This document shows positions 8,424 to 19,433 of a DNA stretch of 64,000 nt, piece by piece; the first letter of the stretch is position 1; every line of letters starts with the position of its first letter. This DNA comes from an uncultured Gammaproteobacteria bacterium (GTDB taxonomy: Bacteria > Patescibacteriota > Microgenomatia > 2-02-FULL-39-11): the NCBI GenBank assembly GCA_964446235.1, contig CAYUNW010000001.1, positions 37,837 through 101,836 on the forward strand, given 5' to 3'. The notes below the pieces were generated by a model that made no database searches, had not been told where the DNA came from, and worked only from the letters and a program-made list of their open reading frames with translations. Both the position numbers and the translations under genes were made by a program.

Positions 8424-10265
8424 TTAATTTCCTAGATTTACAGGCATCAGTTCTGCGTCATTATGCAATTTTAAGTTATGGACGAATTTTTCCATATCAG
8501 CCTGGGCTACACACGTAACCGTATCTGCACCACCGTAATAAACAAGTAATTGACCATCCTTATCAACAGCTCCACACGGATACGCTACACCAAATTTAAA
8601 TCCTTCATTTTCATAATTTTCGATAGGTTCAAGAATCGGATGATTAGTTCTGGCCAAAACTTTCAATGGGTCTTTTAAATCCAAAAGCATCGCTCCCATC
8701 TTATACCTTGCGCTATCATGATTCCCAACCGCATGATATATGAGAAGCCAACCATCTTTGGTTTTTATTGGAGGTGGTCCGGCACCTATTTTTCTGGAAT
8801 CCCACATGTTGGAACGCGGATTTATTTTGTATTTGCCTTGTAAATATTTTGTACTTTCAAAATCCAAATCATCCAAAAAATCCACTAAAATATTGGGGAA
8901 AATCCGATGCATAATTACATATTTACCATTTATTTTTTCGGGGAAAATGACAGCATTTTTATCAACAACTCCAGGTGGTGATATCAGCATGCTTTTTGAC
9001 CAATCCCATTTTTTATCAAAAAAATCTTTAGCATCAATCTTTGTCAATGCCACTCTTGGAGGTTGCCATCCGTTATACGCAACATAAGTCATATAAATTT
9101 TATCATCTATTTTGATTAGTCTTGGGTCTTCACAACCTCCATATCCTCCACCACCAGAAGCAAATCTATCCAAAGTCGCATGAAATTGTCCACTCAGTTC
9201 ATATTCTTCCTTTGGAATATAAATAGGTTCCGGATGTCTCTTGTCTATATGTAAACCGTCTGCACTTTCCGCATATCCTAAAACTGAGACATCATGATCG
9301 CCTATGGCACGATATACGATATGCACCTTTCCTTCTGCAAAAATTGCCGCAGGATTGAAAGTTGCTTTTGATTCCCAAAATCTGTCAGCAATAGGCTTTA
9401 TAATCGGATTCTTACGGAATTTCTTCAATGCCAAAGCAAAATGCTTACGTTTTTTACTGATTTCCTGACGGAAATAAGGATGTGATACAGCCTGTATCCC
9501 ATCATCTCTAATCCAGTAAGAAATCAATTTATCTTTATACGATACTACTCCTATAGGATAAGCGTTGGTTTTTAACCATTCATTATTAAATTCCCAAATA
9601 GGCTCTGTTGTTTTAAAAAGTAATTTATTTGGATCTTCCTTATCAAAAAGTGCAGTTTTTAAAGCATAATGTCTGGTTCCGTTGGCTAAGTGATACTGAT
9701 AATAGGCTACTAGTAAACCTTCATCAGTATGAATCACTCCGGCGAGTTTAATTTTTGAATCCCCAAAAAAATTTTTGTCGCCTTTAATTACTGAAGCCTG
9801 ACTGGTCTGCCAATTAAACAGATCTTTACCAAAAGCTGTATAAATTTGTTCATTTCCGAAATATAATACATACTTATCACGGTACAAATATTGGGGAACC
9901 ACCATCGATAACTCTTTTATGTTTACAATTCTTCTGACTTTTTTAAAATGAGTAAGATCTTTACCATAAGCTACATATAAATATGGCTTTGCATTGACAA
10001 GTTTTTGAAAAGTCAGTACATATTTATCTTTAATTTTTGACAATTTATAGGAATATGTATCATCTATATTGATAGGTCTTCTATGATCATCGGAAATCCT
10101 AACGTTTTTATGGAAAAAGTTGAAATTAATACCGTCACTGCTTCTGTCTATCTTAATCATACTTCTCTCTTCGTCTCTACAAATATAAAAAAGATAAACA
10201 TCACTTCCTTCCGAATATACACCTAATGGTTGGTTGATTTTTTTATTTTCAAATTCTTGAGGCAT
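8424..10265 (-). CDS. GH130-family (DUF377) protein, paralogue of the adjacent gene
   Basis: C-terminal half shows KNPIIKPIADRFWESKATFNPAAI..GGCEDPRLIKIDDKIYMTY. The N-terminal half is a divergent propeller-like domain. 5 nt downstream of the previous gene. Confidence 0.65.
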   Translation of the reverse strand: MPQEFENKKINQPLGVYSEGSDVYLFYICRDEERSMIKIDRSSDGINFNFFHKNVRISDDHRRPINIDDTYSYKLSKIKDKYVLTFQKLVNAKPYLYVAYGKDLTHFKKVRRIVNIKELSMVVPQYLYRDKYVLYFGNEQIYTAFGKDLFNWQTSQASVIKGDKNFFGDSKIKLAGVIHTDEGLLVAYYQYHLANGTRHYALKTALFDKEDPNKLLFKTTEPIWEFNNEWLKTNAYPIGVVSYKDKLISYWIRDDGIQAVSHPYFRQEISKKRKHFALALKKFRKNPIIKPIADRFWESKATFNPAAIFAEGKVHIVYRAIGDHDVSVLGYAESADGLHIDKRHPEPIYIPKEEYELSGQFHATLDRFASGGGGYGGCEDPRLIKIDDKIYMTYVAYNGWQPPRVALTKIDAKDFFDKKWDWSKSMLISPPGVVDKNAVIFPEKINGKYVIMHRIFPNILVDFLDDLDFESTKYLQGKYKINPRSNMWDSRKIGAGPPPIKTKDGWLLIYHAVGNHDSARYKMGAMLLDLKDPLKVLARTNHPILEPIENYENEGFKFGVAYPCGAVDKDGQLLVYYGGADTVTCVAQADMEKFVHNLKLHNDAELMPVNLGN

Positions 10266-10432
10266 AAAAACAATATCTAGACCCGATTTTTTAGGGCTTA
10301 AATAATTAATAACACATTAATCAACTATTTAAAAGATACTATTTTTGTTATTAGGATAAAAAAATAAATAAGTTATTAAAAACCTGAAGTTTTTACTATG
10401 AAGAGTTACATCATTTCTGATAAAATACCTAC

Positions 10433-11446
10433 ATGGAGAAATTGGTTATAGATTACTCAAACAGATCAACTAGAATCAAATCATTACATCACCGTTCAAA
10501 AAAACACAATAATAAACCTTTTTTTATTGTATTTTTGATGGTTTTGAGTTTTGTGGCAGTATTACTTACTAGGATTAAAAATAATACAAATACAATATCA
10601 GCAAACCTAAACTTAACTCCAACAGTCACTTCTCATACCCAAGAAATAAATCCGACAGAAAACTCCAGCCCAAAAACCATTGATATTGCTTCAAGAAAAG
10701 ATCTGATGGAAAATATTCAAAAAATAACTAATAAAGTACAGGGGACATTCTCAATATATATCTATGATCTAAAATCTAATACCGGCTTTGGTATTAATGA
10801 AGAAATGATAGTAAAGGCTGCATCTGTGAATAAAATTCCAATATTGGCTGTGCTATACCATATAGCTCAGGAAAAGCCGACAATCTTGGATAAAATTATT
10901 GTACCGCAAAAAGAAGATATTCAGGATTACGGAACAGGTTCCATCCGATACGATCCTCCAAACACTCCGTATTCGGTAAAAACATTAGCAAGACTAATGA
11001 TGGAAAAATCAGACAATACTGCAGCTTATATCTTAGGTTCATTGGTAGTCGGACTTAATAAAATCCAAACATATACAAACGAATGGAATATGATTCAGAC
11101 AGATATGATAAAAAATACCACGTCTGCAAAAGACATTTCTAATTTATTGATCAAAATATATCGTGGAGAAATTTCAAACAAAGCATTGAATGCTGAAATG
11201 ATCGGTTTTATGGACGATAGCGATTTTGAAGACAGAATTCCATTATATTTACCCGAAGAAATCAATATCTATCATAAGACAGGAGATGATATCGGAAAAA
11301 TACATGATGCTGCAATTATTGATTCTGAAAATCCCTATATACTCACGGTATTTACAACTGATATTTCAGATGAACAGCTGACAAAAAAAACTATCGGTGA
11401 AATATCAAAACTGGTATTTGACTACATGACAAAATCAGGATCGTAA
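10433..11446 (+). CDS. class A beta-lactamase-fold serine hydrolase (membrane-anchored)
   Basis: SxxK (ASVNK), SDN (KSDNTAA) and KTG (HKTGDD) motifs. N-terminal TM segment. Confidence 0.7.
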   Translation: MEKLVIDYSNRSTRIKSLHHRSKKHNNKPFFIVFLMVLSFVAVLLTRIKNNTNTISANLNLTPTVTSHTQEINPTENSSPKTIDIASRKDLMENIQKITNKVQGTFSIYIYDLKSNTGFGINEEMIVKAASVNKIPILAVLYHIAQEKPTILDKIIVPQKEDIQDYGTGSIRYDPPNTPYSVKTLARLMMEKSDNTAAYILGSLVVGLNKIQTYTNEWNMIQTDMIKNTTSAKDISNLLIKIYRGEISNKALNAEMIGFMDDSDFEDRIPLYLPEEINIYHKTGDDIGKIHDAAIIDSENPYILTVFTTDISDEQLTKKTIGEISKLVFDYMTKSGS

Positions 11447-13906
11447 TACACTGGCAAGCATAACTTTTGGCGGTTTAACTGCTTTTTCTTCTTCGTATTG
11501 ATTAGTGTTTCTGATGTTTTTCCTGGTTAATGCAATATCCAACACTTCATCTAACTGTTCTACAAAAACAAATTTCAAATCCTTCAAGACATATCCTGGA
11601 ATATCTTCAAGGTCTTTTTTGTTGTTTTTTGGCATAATTACGGTTTTAATACCCGCTCTATGTGCAGCTATAACCTTTTCTTTTACTCCACCGATTTCCA
11701 ATACCCTTCCCCTTAAAGTCACTTCACCAGTCATAGCAACATCTTTCTTAACCGGTATTTTAGTTAAAGCAGATATTAAAGCTGTCGTAATCGCAATACC
11801 TGCTGATGGACCATCTTTGGGTACTGCTCCTTCAGGTACATGCACATGAATATCTAAAGTCTGATAAAATTTATCAGGAATACCCAGATCAGAATATTTT
11901 GACCTGATATAAGATAATGATGCTTTGCATGATTCCTGCATCACTTCTCCTAAATGACCGGTAAGTAGTAAATTACCTTTGCCTTTCATTAATGCCACTT
12001 CGATAAAAAGAATATCCCCGCCAGCTTCAGTCCAGGCAAGACCTGTCGACATACCGATTTCATCTTTTTTCTCTGCCAAATATGCCGTAAATTTCGCTGG
12101 ACCAAGATATTTATGCAATGTAGTTTTGGTTACTGTATGCTTTCGATTCTGATTACTAATGATATCTTTTGCAACCTTACGACATACCGTGGCAATTTCC
12201 CTTTCCAGATTTCTGACGCCTGCTTCTCTGGTATATTTTTGAATTATTTCATGAATGGATTTATCTGTAATTTGAATCTGTCTACTAGATAAACCATGCG
12301 CTTCAACTTGTTTACCAACCAAATAATTTCGAGCAATATGATATTTTTCATCCTGAGTATATCCTGGAAAATGTATAATCTCCAATCTATCTTTCAACGC
12401 CGGAGGGATGGTATCTAACACATTACATGTAGTAATAAACATAACATCCGACAAATCAAACGAAGCTTCTAAATAGTGATCGGAAAATGCGAAGTTCTGT
12501 TCAGGATCCAACGCTTCCAGAAGTGCAGCTGAAGGATCTCCGCGAAAATCCGTACCTACTTTATCTATCTCATCGAGCATGAACACTGGATTTTTGGTAC
12601 CAGCCTGCTTAATACCTTGAATTATTCTACCTGGCATAGCACCAACATAAGTTCTTCGATGACCTCTAACTTCCGCTTCATCACGAATCCCTCCTAAAGA
12701 AACCTTGACAAATTTTCTACCTAAGGCTCTGGCAATTGACCTACCAATAGAAGTCTTTCCTACTCCAGGAGGACCTACGAAACATAGTATCGTAGGGATT
12801 ACTGCTTTTTTTGCTTTTTCTTTAGCTTCATCGGACTTTTTTTCCTCACCGGACAGTTTTTGTTTGTTCTTTTTTAAATGTAATACTGCTAAATATTCCA
12901 GAATTCTTTCTTTCACTTTTTTTAAGGCATAATGATCCTTGTCCAATATACCTGAGGCTTTTTTCATATCTACATCATTACTGGATTCTAAAGACCATGG
13001 TAAATCTATCAACCAATCAAGATATGTCCTGATATAAGATGCTTCCGGATTATAACTTGACATCTGGGATAGTCTCTTTAATTCTTTTTTTGCTTTTTCT
13101 TCAACATCCTTAGGCATTTTCGCTTTACGGATCTTTTCCAATAATACTTTTGTTTCTTTTGATTCGCCTTCTTCTCCCAATTCCTTCTCTATAGTTTTAA
13201 GTCTTTCACGAAGAACAGCTTCTTTCATCGACTTATCCAATCTCTCTTGAGTTTGACTAGCGATTTTTCTTTCAATCTCCAGAATTCTTACTTCATGGGA
13301 TAAAAAGCTGGAAATTCTAGAAAGTCTATCTTTAACCTGTCTTGTTTCTAGTAAAAGTTGTTTTTCTGCCGGTTTGATATCAAGAACTGACGCCACCTGA
13401 TCGGCAAATTCCATAGGGGATATGCCAGACATGATGTTCATAAATGATAAAAAGTCTACTGATTTACCGTGATTAACAGCTTTTTTTAGCTCGGCTGATA
13501 TATGATTTACCAATGCAGAAATTTCATCTGATTTTGTTTCACCTTCATCCGGTCTTTCAATTACTTTAGCAATAAAATATGGATCTGTTTTTTCCATATT
13601 CAATATTTCTACTCTGACAAGTCCTTTAACAAGAGCATTAATTTCTCCATTAGTTTTCAATAATCTTTCTATTCTGCCTAATGCTCCTATAGAATAAAGA
13701 TCTGAAGGCTGTGGTTCATGAATATTAGGATTTTTCTGCATAACCAAAACTACCAATCTATCTGATGCATGAGAAGATTCGATTGCGGATAAAGATTTAG
13801 GTCTTCCAAATGTCAATACCATTTCCGTATGGGGAAAAATAATACCATCACGGATAGGAATAACCGGATAGCTTTTTACTTCATTTGTTAGGTTCTCTTC
13901 AGTCAT
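11435..13906 (-). CDS. lon: ATP-dependent Lon protease
   Basis: 823 aa. Walker A GPPGVGKTS. S16 protease motif KDGPSAG with catalytic Ser. Lon N-terminal domain. Confidence 0.9.
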   Translation of the reverse strand: MTEENLTNEVKSYPVIPIRDGIIFPHTEMVLTFGRPKSLSAIESSHASDRLVVLVMQKNPNIHEPQPSDLYSIGALGRIERLLKTNGEINALVKGLVRVEILNMEKTDPYFIAKVIERPDEGETKSDEISALVNHISAELKKAVNHGKSVDFLSFMNIMSGISPMEFADQVASVLDIKPAEKQLLLETRQVKDRLSRISSFLSHEVRILEIERKIASQTQERLDKSMKEAVLRERLKTIEKELGEEGESKETKVLLEKIRKAKMPKDVEEKAKKELKRLSQMSSYNPEASYIRTYLDWLIDLPWSLESSNDVDMKKASGILDKDHYALKKVKERILEYLAVLHLKKNKQKLSGEEKKSDEAKEKAKKAVIPTILCFVGPPGVGKTSIGRSIARALGRKFVKVSLGGIRDEAEVRGHRRTYVGAMPGRIIQGIKQAGTKNPVFMLDEIDKVGTDFRGDPSAALLEALDPEQNFAFSDHYLEASFDLSDVMFITTCNVLDTIPPALKDRLEIIHFPGYTQDEKYHIARNYLVGKQVEAHGLSSRQIQITDKSIHEIIQKYTREAGVRNLEREIATVCRKVAKDIISNQNRKHTVTKTTLHKYLGPAKFTAYLAEKKDEIGMSTGLAWTEAGGDILFIEVALMKGKGNLLLTGHLGEVMQESCKASLSYIRSKYSDLGIPDKFYQTLDIHVHVPEGAVPKDGPSAGIAITTALISALTKIPVKKDVAMTGEVTLRGRVLEIGGVKEKVIAAHRAGIKTVIMPKNNKKDLEDIPGYVLKDLKFVFVEQLDEVLDIALTRKNIRNTNQYEEEKAVKPPKVMLASVLRS

Positions 13907-13952
13907 TTTTTAGCAGTTTATTATAATGAGTGCTAAATGTCAAGTTGTATTA

Positions 13953-14810
13953 TCAAATAAAATCAGAGGTAAATTTTGTAATATCCACATCCAATTTTTT
14001 ATTTACCAATGTTTCATTTTTCAACTGGCTGATGCTATCTGTATAAACAGGTCTTTCTTCCTTATATAAAACACCGATTGGTATTTTATCCAAAACTTCA
14101 AAAGATTTCTGAATCGCCAATGATTTATCTTGATTATTATATTTATCATCAAGTTTATACACTCTCTCCCTATACCAAGGGTATGTAGTTTGTTTATTGA
14201 AGGTGATACAGGGTTGAAATACGTTTACTAATGAAAATCCTTTGTGTTTTATAGCGTCTTCAATTAATGTGGTTAAATGACTAATATCACCTGAAAAACC
14301 TTGCGCAACATACGATGCTCCTTGAGTTATCGCAAGAGCAGTCGGGTTAAGTTCTACTTCAATTATTCCAGTAGGTGTAGATTTGGATTTATACCCTTTA
14401 TTCGCGGTTGGTGCTACCTGTCCAGTAGTTAAACCATATACCCTATTATCATGTACGATTACCGTAATATCGTGATTACCCCGACAGGCATGGATAAAAT
14501 GATTGCCTCCTTCACCATAGCAATCTCCATCCCCAGCAATAACCACAACCGGTAAATTGTGATTGGCTATTTTTATACCTACAGCATTGGGTATTGCTCT
14601 TCCATGTAGTCCATGAATACTGTTTACCCAAATAAAATCATTCATATTGCCAGAACAACCTATTCCGAAAACTACCGCCAAGTCTTCAGCGTTCAATTTC
14701 AGGTTTTTAAATGCATTTTTTATTGATGCCCAAATTCCAAAGTTCCCACAGCCCGGACACCATGTCGGAAAATATCCTGCAATCTGACTATCTTTTAAAT
14801 TCTCACTCAT
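13953..14810 (-). CDS. korB: 2-oxoacid:ferredoxin oxidoreductase beta subunit (TPP-binding)
   Basis: CPGCGNFGI motif and TPP-binding GDG. 4-nt overlap with the alpha subunit. Confidence 0.8.
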   Translation of the reverse strand: MSENLKDSQIAGYFPTWCPGCGNFGIWASIKNAFKNLKLNAEDLAVVFGIGCSGNMNDFIWVNSIHGLHGRAIPNAVGIKIANHNLPVVVIAGDGDCYGEGGNHFIHACRGNHDITVIVHDNRVYGLTTGQVAPTANKGYKSKSTPTGIIEVELNPTALAITQGASYVAQGFSGDISHLTTLIEDAIKHKGFSLVNVFQPCITFNKQTTYPWYRERVYKLDDKYNNQDKSLAIQKSFEVLDKIPIGVLYKEERPVYTDSISQLKNETLVNKKLDVDITKFTSDFI

Positions 14811-16543
14811 AATAAGGTTTTAACTTTATTAATGATTTCTTCAGGATATATAGGTCTACCGTCATATTTCAGTAGATAATTTTCAAATTGAATACCTGTT
14901 TCCATGGTTAAAAGTTTTGAAAACTGGGCTGTAGAATTGTTCTCCAGAATTAATATTTTTTTCAGGCTTTGAAGGATTTTTTTTATTTTCTTTCCGTCTA
15001 ATGGCCAAACATGCGTAAAGTGGAGAAAATTAAAAAGGTTTTCGTTTCCTTTTAGAGCTTGAAGTAATGGACCTTTCATAGAACCCCAAGAAATTACCGT
15101 CAAGTTAGCTTGATTGTTACCATAAAACACAGGATCCTTAGCATTTTCTTGAAGATACGTAGTAAATTTTGCATTTCTTTTATCTACTTGTTTTTTCCTT
15201 TCGCTTGCCTCTTCAGTCGTATGTCCATCTTCCAAATGTTCATAAGAATTTGCTTGATGCAAGCTACCTTTCATACCTGGTATAACCCTTGGAGATATCC
15301 CGTCAGCGGTTTTTTGATATCTAAGGTATTTGGTTATAGTATCTAATTCTTTTTGGGAAAGTAGTTTTCCTCTGTTGATTTCATACTTATGATCGCTGAC
15401 AGCAGACAAATCTATTGTCTGATGTCCTTCAAGTAAATATTTATCGGCCAAAATAATTACCGGTGTTTGATATTTGTCAGCAAGTTGAAACGCTTGGATA
15501 GTCAATTTATATGCTTCGTCAATATCCCCAGGGGCAAGAAGTATTTTAGGGAATTCTCCATGTCCTGAAAACAAAGCAAACAATAAATCGCCTTGTTCGG
15601 TCCATGTAGGCATACCTGTAGCCGGCCCTGGTCTTTGACCTAACAATATAACTACCGGTATTTCTGTGATACCTGCAAGTGCTATTGTTTCCACCATCAA
15701 AGCAAAACCTCCACCTGAAGTACCTACCATAGACCTGACTCCAGCCCAAGAAGCACCAAGAGCCATATTTATAACCGATATTTCATCTTCAGCATGTTTG
15801 ACGACCATATCTGCTTTTTCAGCGTTTGCCGCCAAGTAATGAAGTAAAGCACTAGAAGGAGTCATTGGATAAGCGACATAAAATTTACATCCAGCTGCGA
15901 TGGCTCCTAATCCTATAATTTCATTTCCGGTAGCATAAATTTTTGCTTTAGCATTCTCTTTTTTACCGATTTTCAGGTTATAACCTGAAGGATAAGATTG
16001 TTTTACACTGTCGTATCCAAAACCTGCAGCTTTTATATTTTTATCGACAATTTCCTGACTTTTTTTACCGAAACTTTCACTAATAATTTGATTTAACAAA
16101 TTAAGATCAGCTCCAATAATATGCATCAACGCGCCTAAAGCAATGTTGTTCATCATGACGATAGGAAAACCGTTTTCAGTCAAAATTTTTGATAAAGGCA
16201 AGTCTATATAAGTAATATTTTTATTAGGCTCTAAAACTTCCTTCAGATTGGTTTTTTGTTTGTCATATAAAACTACCGCATGATCCTTAAGCTCATCTTT
16301 ATGTTTTTCATATGTTTCTTCATTTAAACAAACCAATATATCGACTTTTTGTTCCTGACTATATACCGGCTCATTGGAAATTCTGACTTCAACGACATTA
16401 TGACCTCCACGTATTAAAGAAGGATACTCCGAATATTCATATGCATAATATCCGCTTCTGATGGCAATTTTTCCAAGAACCAAACCGGTTGTCATTATAC
16501 CGAAACCGGCCTCACCACCAATTTTTACGGTAAAATCTATCAT
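14807..16543 (-). CDS. korA: 2-oxoacid:ferredoxin oxidoreductase alpha subunit (fused gamma/alpha)
   Basis: 578 aa. Paired with korB. Typical OFOR alpha-subunit length and glycine-rich motifs. Confidence 0.75.
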   Translation of the reverse strand: MIDFTVKIGGEAGFGIMTTGLVLGKIAIRSGYYAYEYSEYPSLIRGGHNVVEVRISNEPVYSQEQKVDILVCLNEETYEKHKDELKDHAVVLYDKQKTNLKEVLEPNKNITYIDLPLSKILTENGFPIVMMNNIALGALMHIIGADLNLLNQIISESFGKKSQEIVDKNIKAAGFGYDSVKQSYPSGYNLKIGKKENAKAKIYATGNEIIGLGAIAAGCKFYVAYPMTPSSALLHYLAANAEKADMVVKHAEDEISVINMALGASWAGVRSMVGTSGGGFALMVETIALAGITEIPVVILLGQRPGPATGMPTWTEQGDLLFALFSGHGEFPKILLAPGDIDEAYKLTIQAFQLADKYQTPVIILADKYLLEGHQTIDLSAVSDHKYEINRGKLLSQKELDTITKYLRYQKTADGISPRVIPGMKGSLHQANSYEHLEDGHTTEEASERKKQVDKRNAKFTTYLQENAKDPVFYGNNQANLTVISWGSMKGPLLQALKGNENLFNFLHFTHVWPLDGKKIKKILQSLKKILILENNSTAQFSKLLTMETGIQFENYLLKYDGRPIYPEEIINKVKTLL

Positions 16544-16560
16544 TTTTGTTTAAATTTTAA

Positions 16561-16839
16561 TTAAGGATAAACCTGATTTCCTGATTCATCTTTTATAATA
16601 ATTGCTGCAACAGGACAGGATTTGGCTGAGTCAATTATGGTTTGTTCAGATTCTTCTTCTGCTGAATCAAGAAAAATAGCTTTTGCTTCATTATCCAATG
16701 CCCAAGTCTTAGGTGCTACTGCAATACATGAAGCTGCACCTATACATAAATCCCTGTCTACGTGGACAATAAGTTTACCGATTTTTCTGGGACCACTGGG
16801 ATTACTGTTTTTGTCATCCATAATATATGCTCCTCTCAA
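16561..16839 (-). CDS. 4Fe-4S ferredoxin
   Basis: CIGAASCIAVAP ... CPVAAI cysteine pattern. Sits upstream of the OFOR genes. Confidence 0.7.
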   Translation of the reverse strand: MRGAYIMDDKNSNPSGPRKIGKLIVHVDRDLCIGAASCIAVAPKTWALDNEAKAIFLDSAEEESEQTIIDSAKSCPVAAIIIKDESGNQVYP

Positions 16840-16874
16840 AACTTTATATATTACTTTTATAACTCAATTTCGGT

Positions 16875-17243
16875 TTATTTGACAAGAGCCAAAGTCTTTT
16901 GAATCGCTTCAAGAGGTAGTAAAGCGCATTTCAATCTGACTGGGGTAAGTTGAATTCCTAAAATTGCCAAAATATCTTTTGAATTCATTTTTTTTACTTT
17001 TTGTAGTTTTTCACCTTTAATTTTTTGCGTTAGAAGTGATGCTGTAGCTGTCGATATTACACATCCTATACCGGTAAAGCTTATATCAGATATGATATCT
17101 TTCTTCAATTTAATTTCAACTTCAATACTGTCACCACATAAATCATTTTCACTGCTTCCTTTCAAGTCAAAACTTGGTAAATGTCCATAGTTTTGTGGGT
17201 TTTTGTAATGAGTAAGTATTTCTGTACGGTAAAAATCATCCAT
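16875..17243 (-). CDS. sufU: SUF-type Fe-S cluster scaffold (SufU/NifU-like)
   Basis: NPQNYGHLP...LCGDSIEVE...GIGCVIS: the conserved Cys and Asp of SufU/IscU. Confidence 0.8.
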   Translation of the reverse strand: MDDFYRTEILTHYKNPQNYGHLPSFDLKGSSENDLCGDSIEVEIKLKKDIISDISFTGIGCVISTATASLLTQKIKGEKLQKVKKMNSKDILAILGIQLTPVRLKCALLPLEAIQKTLALVK

Positions 17244-17247
17244 AGAA

Positions 17248-18471
17248 TCAATTGAAAATCTTTATGGCTTTTTTGATACCTAGTGCTAATTTCTCAATAT
17301 CTGCTGGAGTATTATAAATATATAAGCTTACTCTAGCACTTGCAGGTATATTGAGTTTTTTATGTAGAGGCATAGCGCAATGATGACCCGATCTGATACA
17401 AATATTGTCCATATCTAAAATCTGTGCCAAATCATGCGGATGAATCCCTGCGATATTGAAAGATATGACTGCGGAACGATTAGTCGTATCTTTGGGTCCA
17501 TATATAGATATTCCTTTAAATTCGTTCAGGACTTTTAAGGTAAGTTCCGTCAATATTTTGTCATGTTTTGTAATCTGATCAAATCCAATCTTTTTTATAA
17601 AAAATATTGCCTCACGTAGGCCTAATACTCCACAAATATCTGGTGTTCCGGCTTCAAATTTGGCTGGGGGCTTTTTAAACCGCGATTTATCCAATTCCAC
17701 TTTTTCTATCATGTCACCGCCATACTGATAACATGACATACTGTCCAAAATATCATATTTCCCCCATAAAACCCCGACACCCGTAGGACCGAACATCTTA
17801 TGGGCGCTAAATGACAAAAAATCGCAACCTAAATCCACAACATCGGTATGAAAATGTCCTACAGATTGGGCTGCATCAATCAATACTTTAACTTTTGGAT
17901 TAATTTTTTTTATTTTTTTAATAATCTTTTTAAGCGGATTTATCGTACCTAATACATTTGATACATGATTTAACGCAACCAATGCAGTTTTTCTGTTTAT
18001 TGCGTCGTATAATGAATCCAAATCCAATAGTCCTTCTTTAATATCAATATATTTGATTTTTACCTGCTTTTTTTTAGCAATCATTTGCCAAGGAACCAGA
18101 TTTGCATGATGCTCCATAACACTAGTAAGAATTTCAGAATCATTATCGAGATAATTTTCAGCATAAGAAGTTGCTATCAAATTTATGGCTTCCGTGGTAT
18201 TTCGGACAAAAACAATTTCGTTTTTTGATTTGGCATTTATAAATTCAGCCACAATATCTCTGGATTTTTCAAATTCAAACGAAGCTTCTTGTGATAATTT
18301 ATAAATCCCTCTGAAAATATTTACCGGATATTTATCAAAATAATCACTTACAGTATTTCTCACCTGATATGGTTTAAGTGAAGAGGCTGCAGAATCCAAA
18401 TATACAATGTGTTTACCAGATATTTTTCTCGACAGTACAGGGAAAAAACTTCTAATTTTTCTCAGATCCAT
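17248..18471 (-). CDS. sufS: cysteine desulfurase (class V aminotransferase, SufS)
   Basis: PLP-lysine context SAHKMFGPTGVGVLWGK and catalytic-Cys region HHCA. Confidence 0.85.
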   Translation of the reverse strand: MDLRKIRSFFPVLSRKISGKHIVYLDSAASSLKPYQVRNTVSDYFDKYPVNIFRGIYKLSQEASFEFEKSRDIVAEFINAKSKNEIVFVRNTTEAINLIATSYAENYLDNDSEILTSVMEHHANLVPWQMIAKKKQVKIKYIDIKEGLLDLDSLYDAINRKTALVALNHVSNVLGTINPLKKIIKKIKKINPKVKVLIDAAQSVGHFHTDVVDLGCDFLSFSAHKMFGPTGVGVLWGKYDILDSMSCYQYGGDMIEKVELDKSRFKKPPAKFEAGTPDICGVLGLREAIFFIKKIGFDQITKHDKILTELTLKVLNEFKGISIYGPKDTTNRSAVISFNIAGIHPHDLAQILDMDNICIRSGHHCAMPLHKKLNIPASARVSLYIYNTPADIEKLALGIKKAIKIFN

Positions 18472-18477
18472 AATATT

Positions 18478-18783
18478 TTAAATCATAATATATAATTTAC
18501 CGTCCGAAACTTCGGTTTGATATATTTTTAAAGGAATTTCCGCAGGTGGAGATTCTACCTTTCCGGTATTGATATTAAACTGCGCCCCATGACAATAACA
18601 GGTAATCACATCATCATAAATATCACCACCTGCCAATGAACAATGCTCATGAGTACAATAAGCATCGAACACGTGATATTTATCAGCCGATAAAACTACG
18701 GCAATTTGCTTATCTTCAATTTTAAAAGATCTGATTTTACCCTCCTGTAAAACTTTTAATTCTGTTATAAATATTTTTTTCAT
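18478..18783 (-). CDS. Rieske [2Fe-2S] domain protein embedded in the suf operon
   Basis: CTHEHC ... CYCHGAQF: CxH...CxxH Rieske ligands. Confidence 0.75.
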   Translation of the reverse strand: MKKIFITELKVLQEGKIRSFKIEDKQIAVVLSADKYHVFDAYCTHEHCSLAGGDIYDDVITCYCHGAQFNINTGKVESPPAEIPLKIYQTEVSDGKLYIMI

Positions 18784-18791
18784 GTTTTTTG

Positions 18792-19433
18792 TTAATTTAA
18801 ATATTCATAAATTATATTATTAAGTTTTTCTTCAACTTTCCCGATAATTTTCACATCTTGTATTTTTGCCAAAACATCATTTAGGTAACCGTATAATAAC
18901 AATTTTTTAGCGGAATTTTTATCAAGACCCCGACTGTTTAGATAATATAAGCTTTGACTGTCTATGTTTGATATAGTTACTCCATGAGTGCACCTGACAT
19001 CATTTGCTAAAATTTCCAGGTAAGGTTTGGAAATAACTTGGGCATTTTTTGACAACATCAAATTTTGGTTTTTCTGGTAAGCATTAGACTTATATGCATT
19101 TTTATTGATATTTATCATACCTTTGTAATCAAATACGGAATTATCTTTCATGACGGACTTTATCAGTAGGTCGCTTTGGCTTCCGCCTTTTTGATGATCC
19201 TGTAAAGTAGATAATACAAAATTCTTTTTCCCAAATCCAAAAATTATCCCTAATATGGTTACTTTGGCGTGACTACCGGTTATCTTAAATTTTAAACTTA
19301 ACTTTCTTGACACTTCACCGTAAGATATAATTAAATATGTCACATCTTGTCTATCATCTATCTGAAAATCCATATCTTTGGTCAAATCTTCAATAAATAT
19401 TGTCTTATTTTTTTTATTATTGGATTTTTTCAT
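18792..19433 (-). CDS. sufD: short SufD-like Fe-S assembly protein
   Basis: 213 aa. C-terminal SufBD beta-helix region ([20 protein letters not shown]). 4-nt overlap with sufB. Confidence 0.65.
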   Translation of the reverse strand: MKKSNNKKNKTIFIEDLTKDMDFQIDDRQDVTYLIISYGEVSRKLSLKFKITGSHAKVTILGIIFGFGKKNFVLSTLQDHQKGGSQSDLLIKSVMKDNSVFDYKGMININKNAYKSNAYQKNQNLMLSKNAQVISKPYLEILANDVRCTHGVTISNIDSQSLYYLNSRGLDKNSAKKLLLYGYLNDVLAKIQDVKIIGKVEEKLNNIIYEYLN

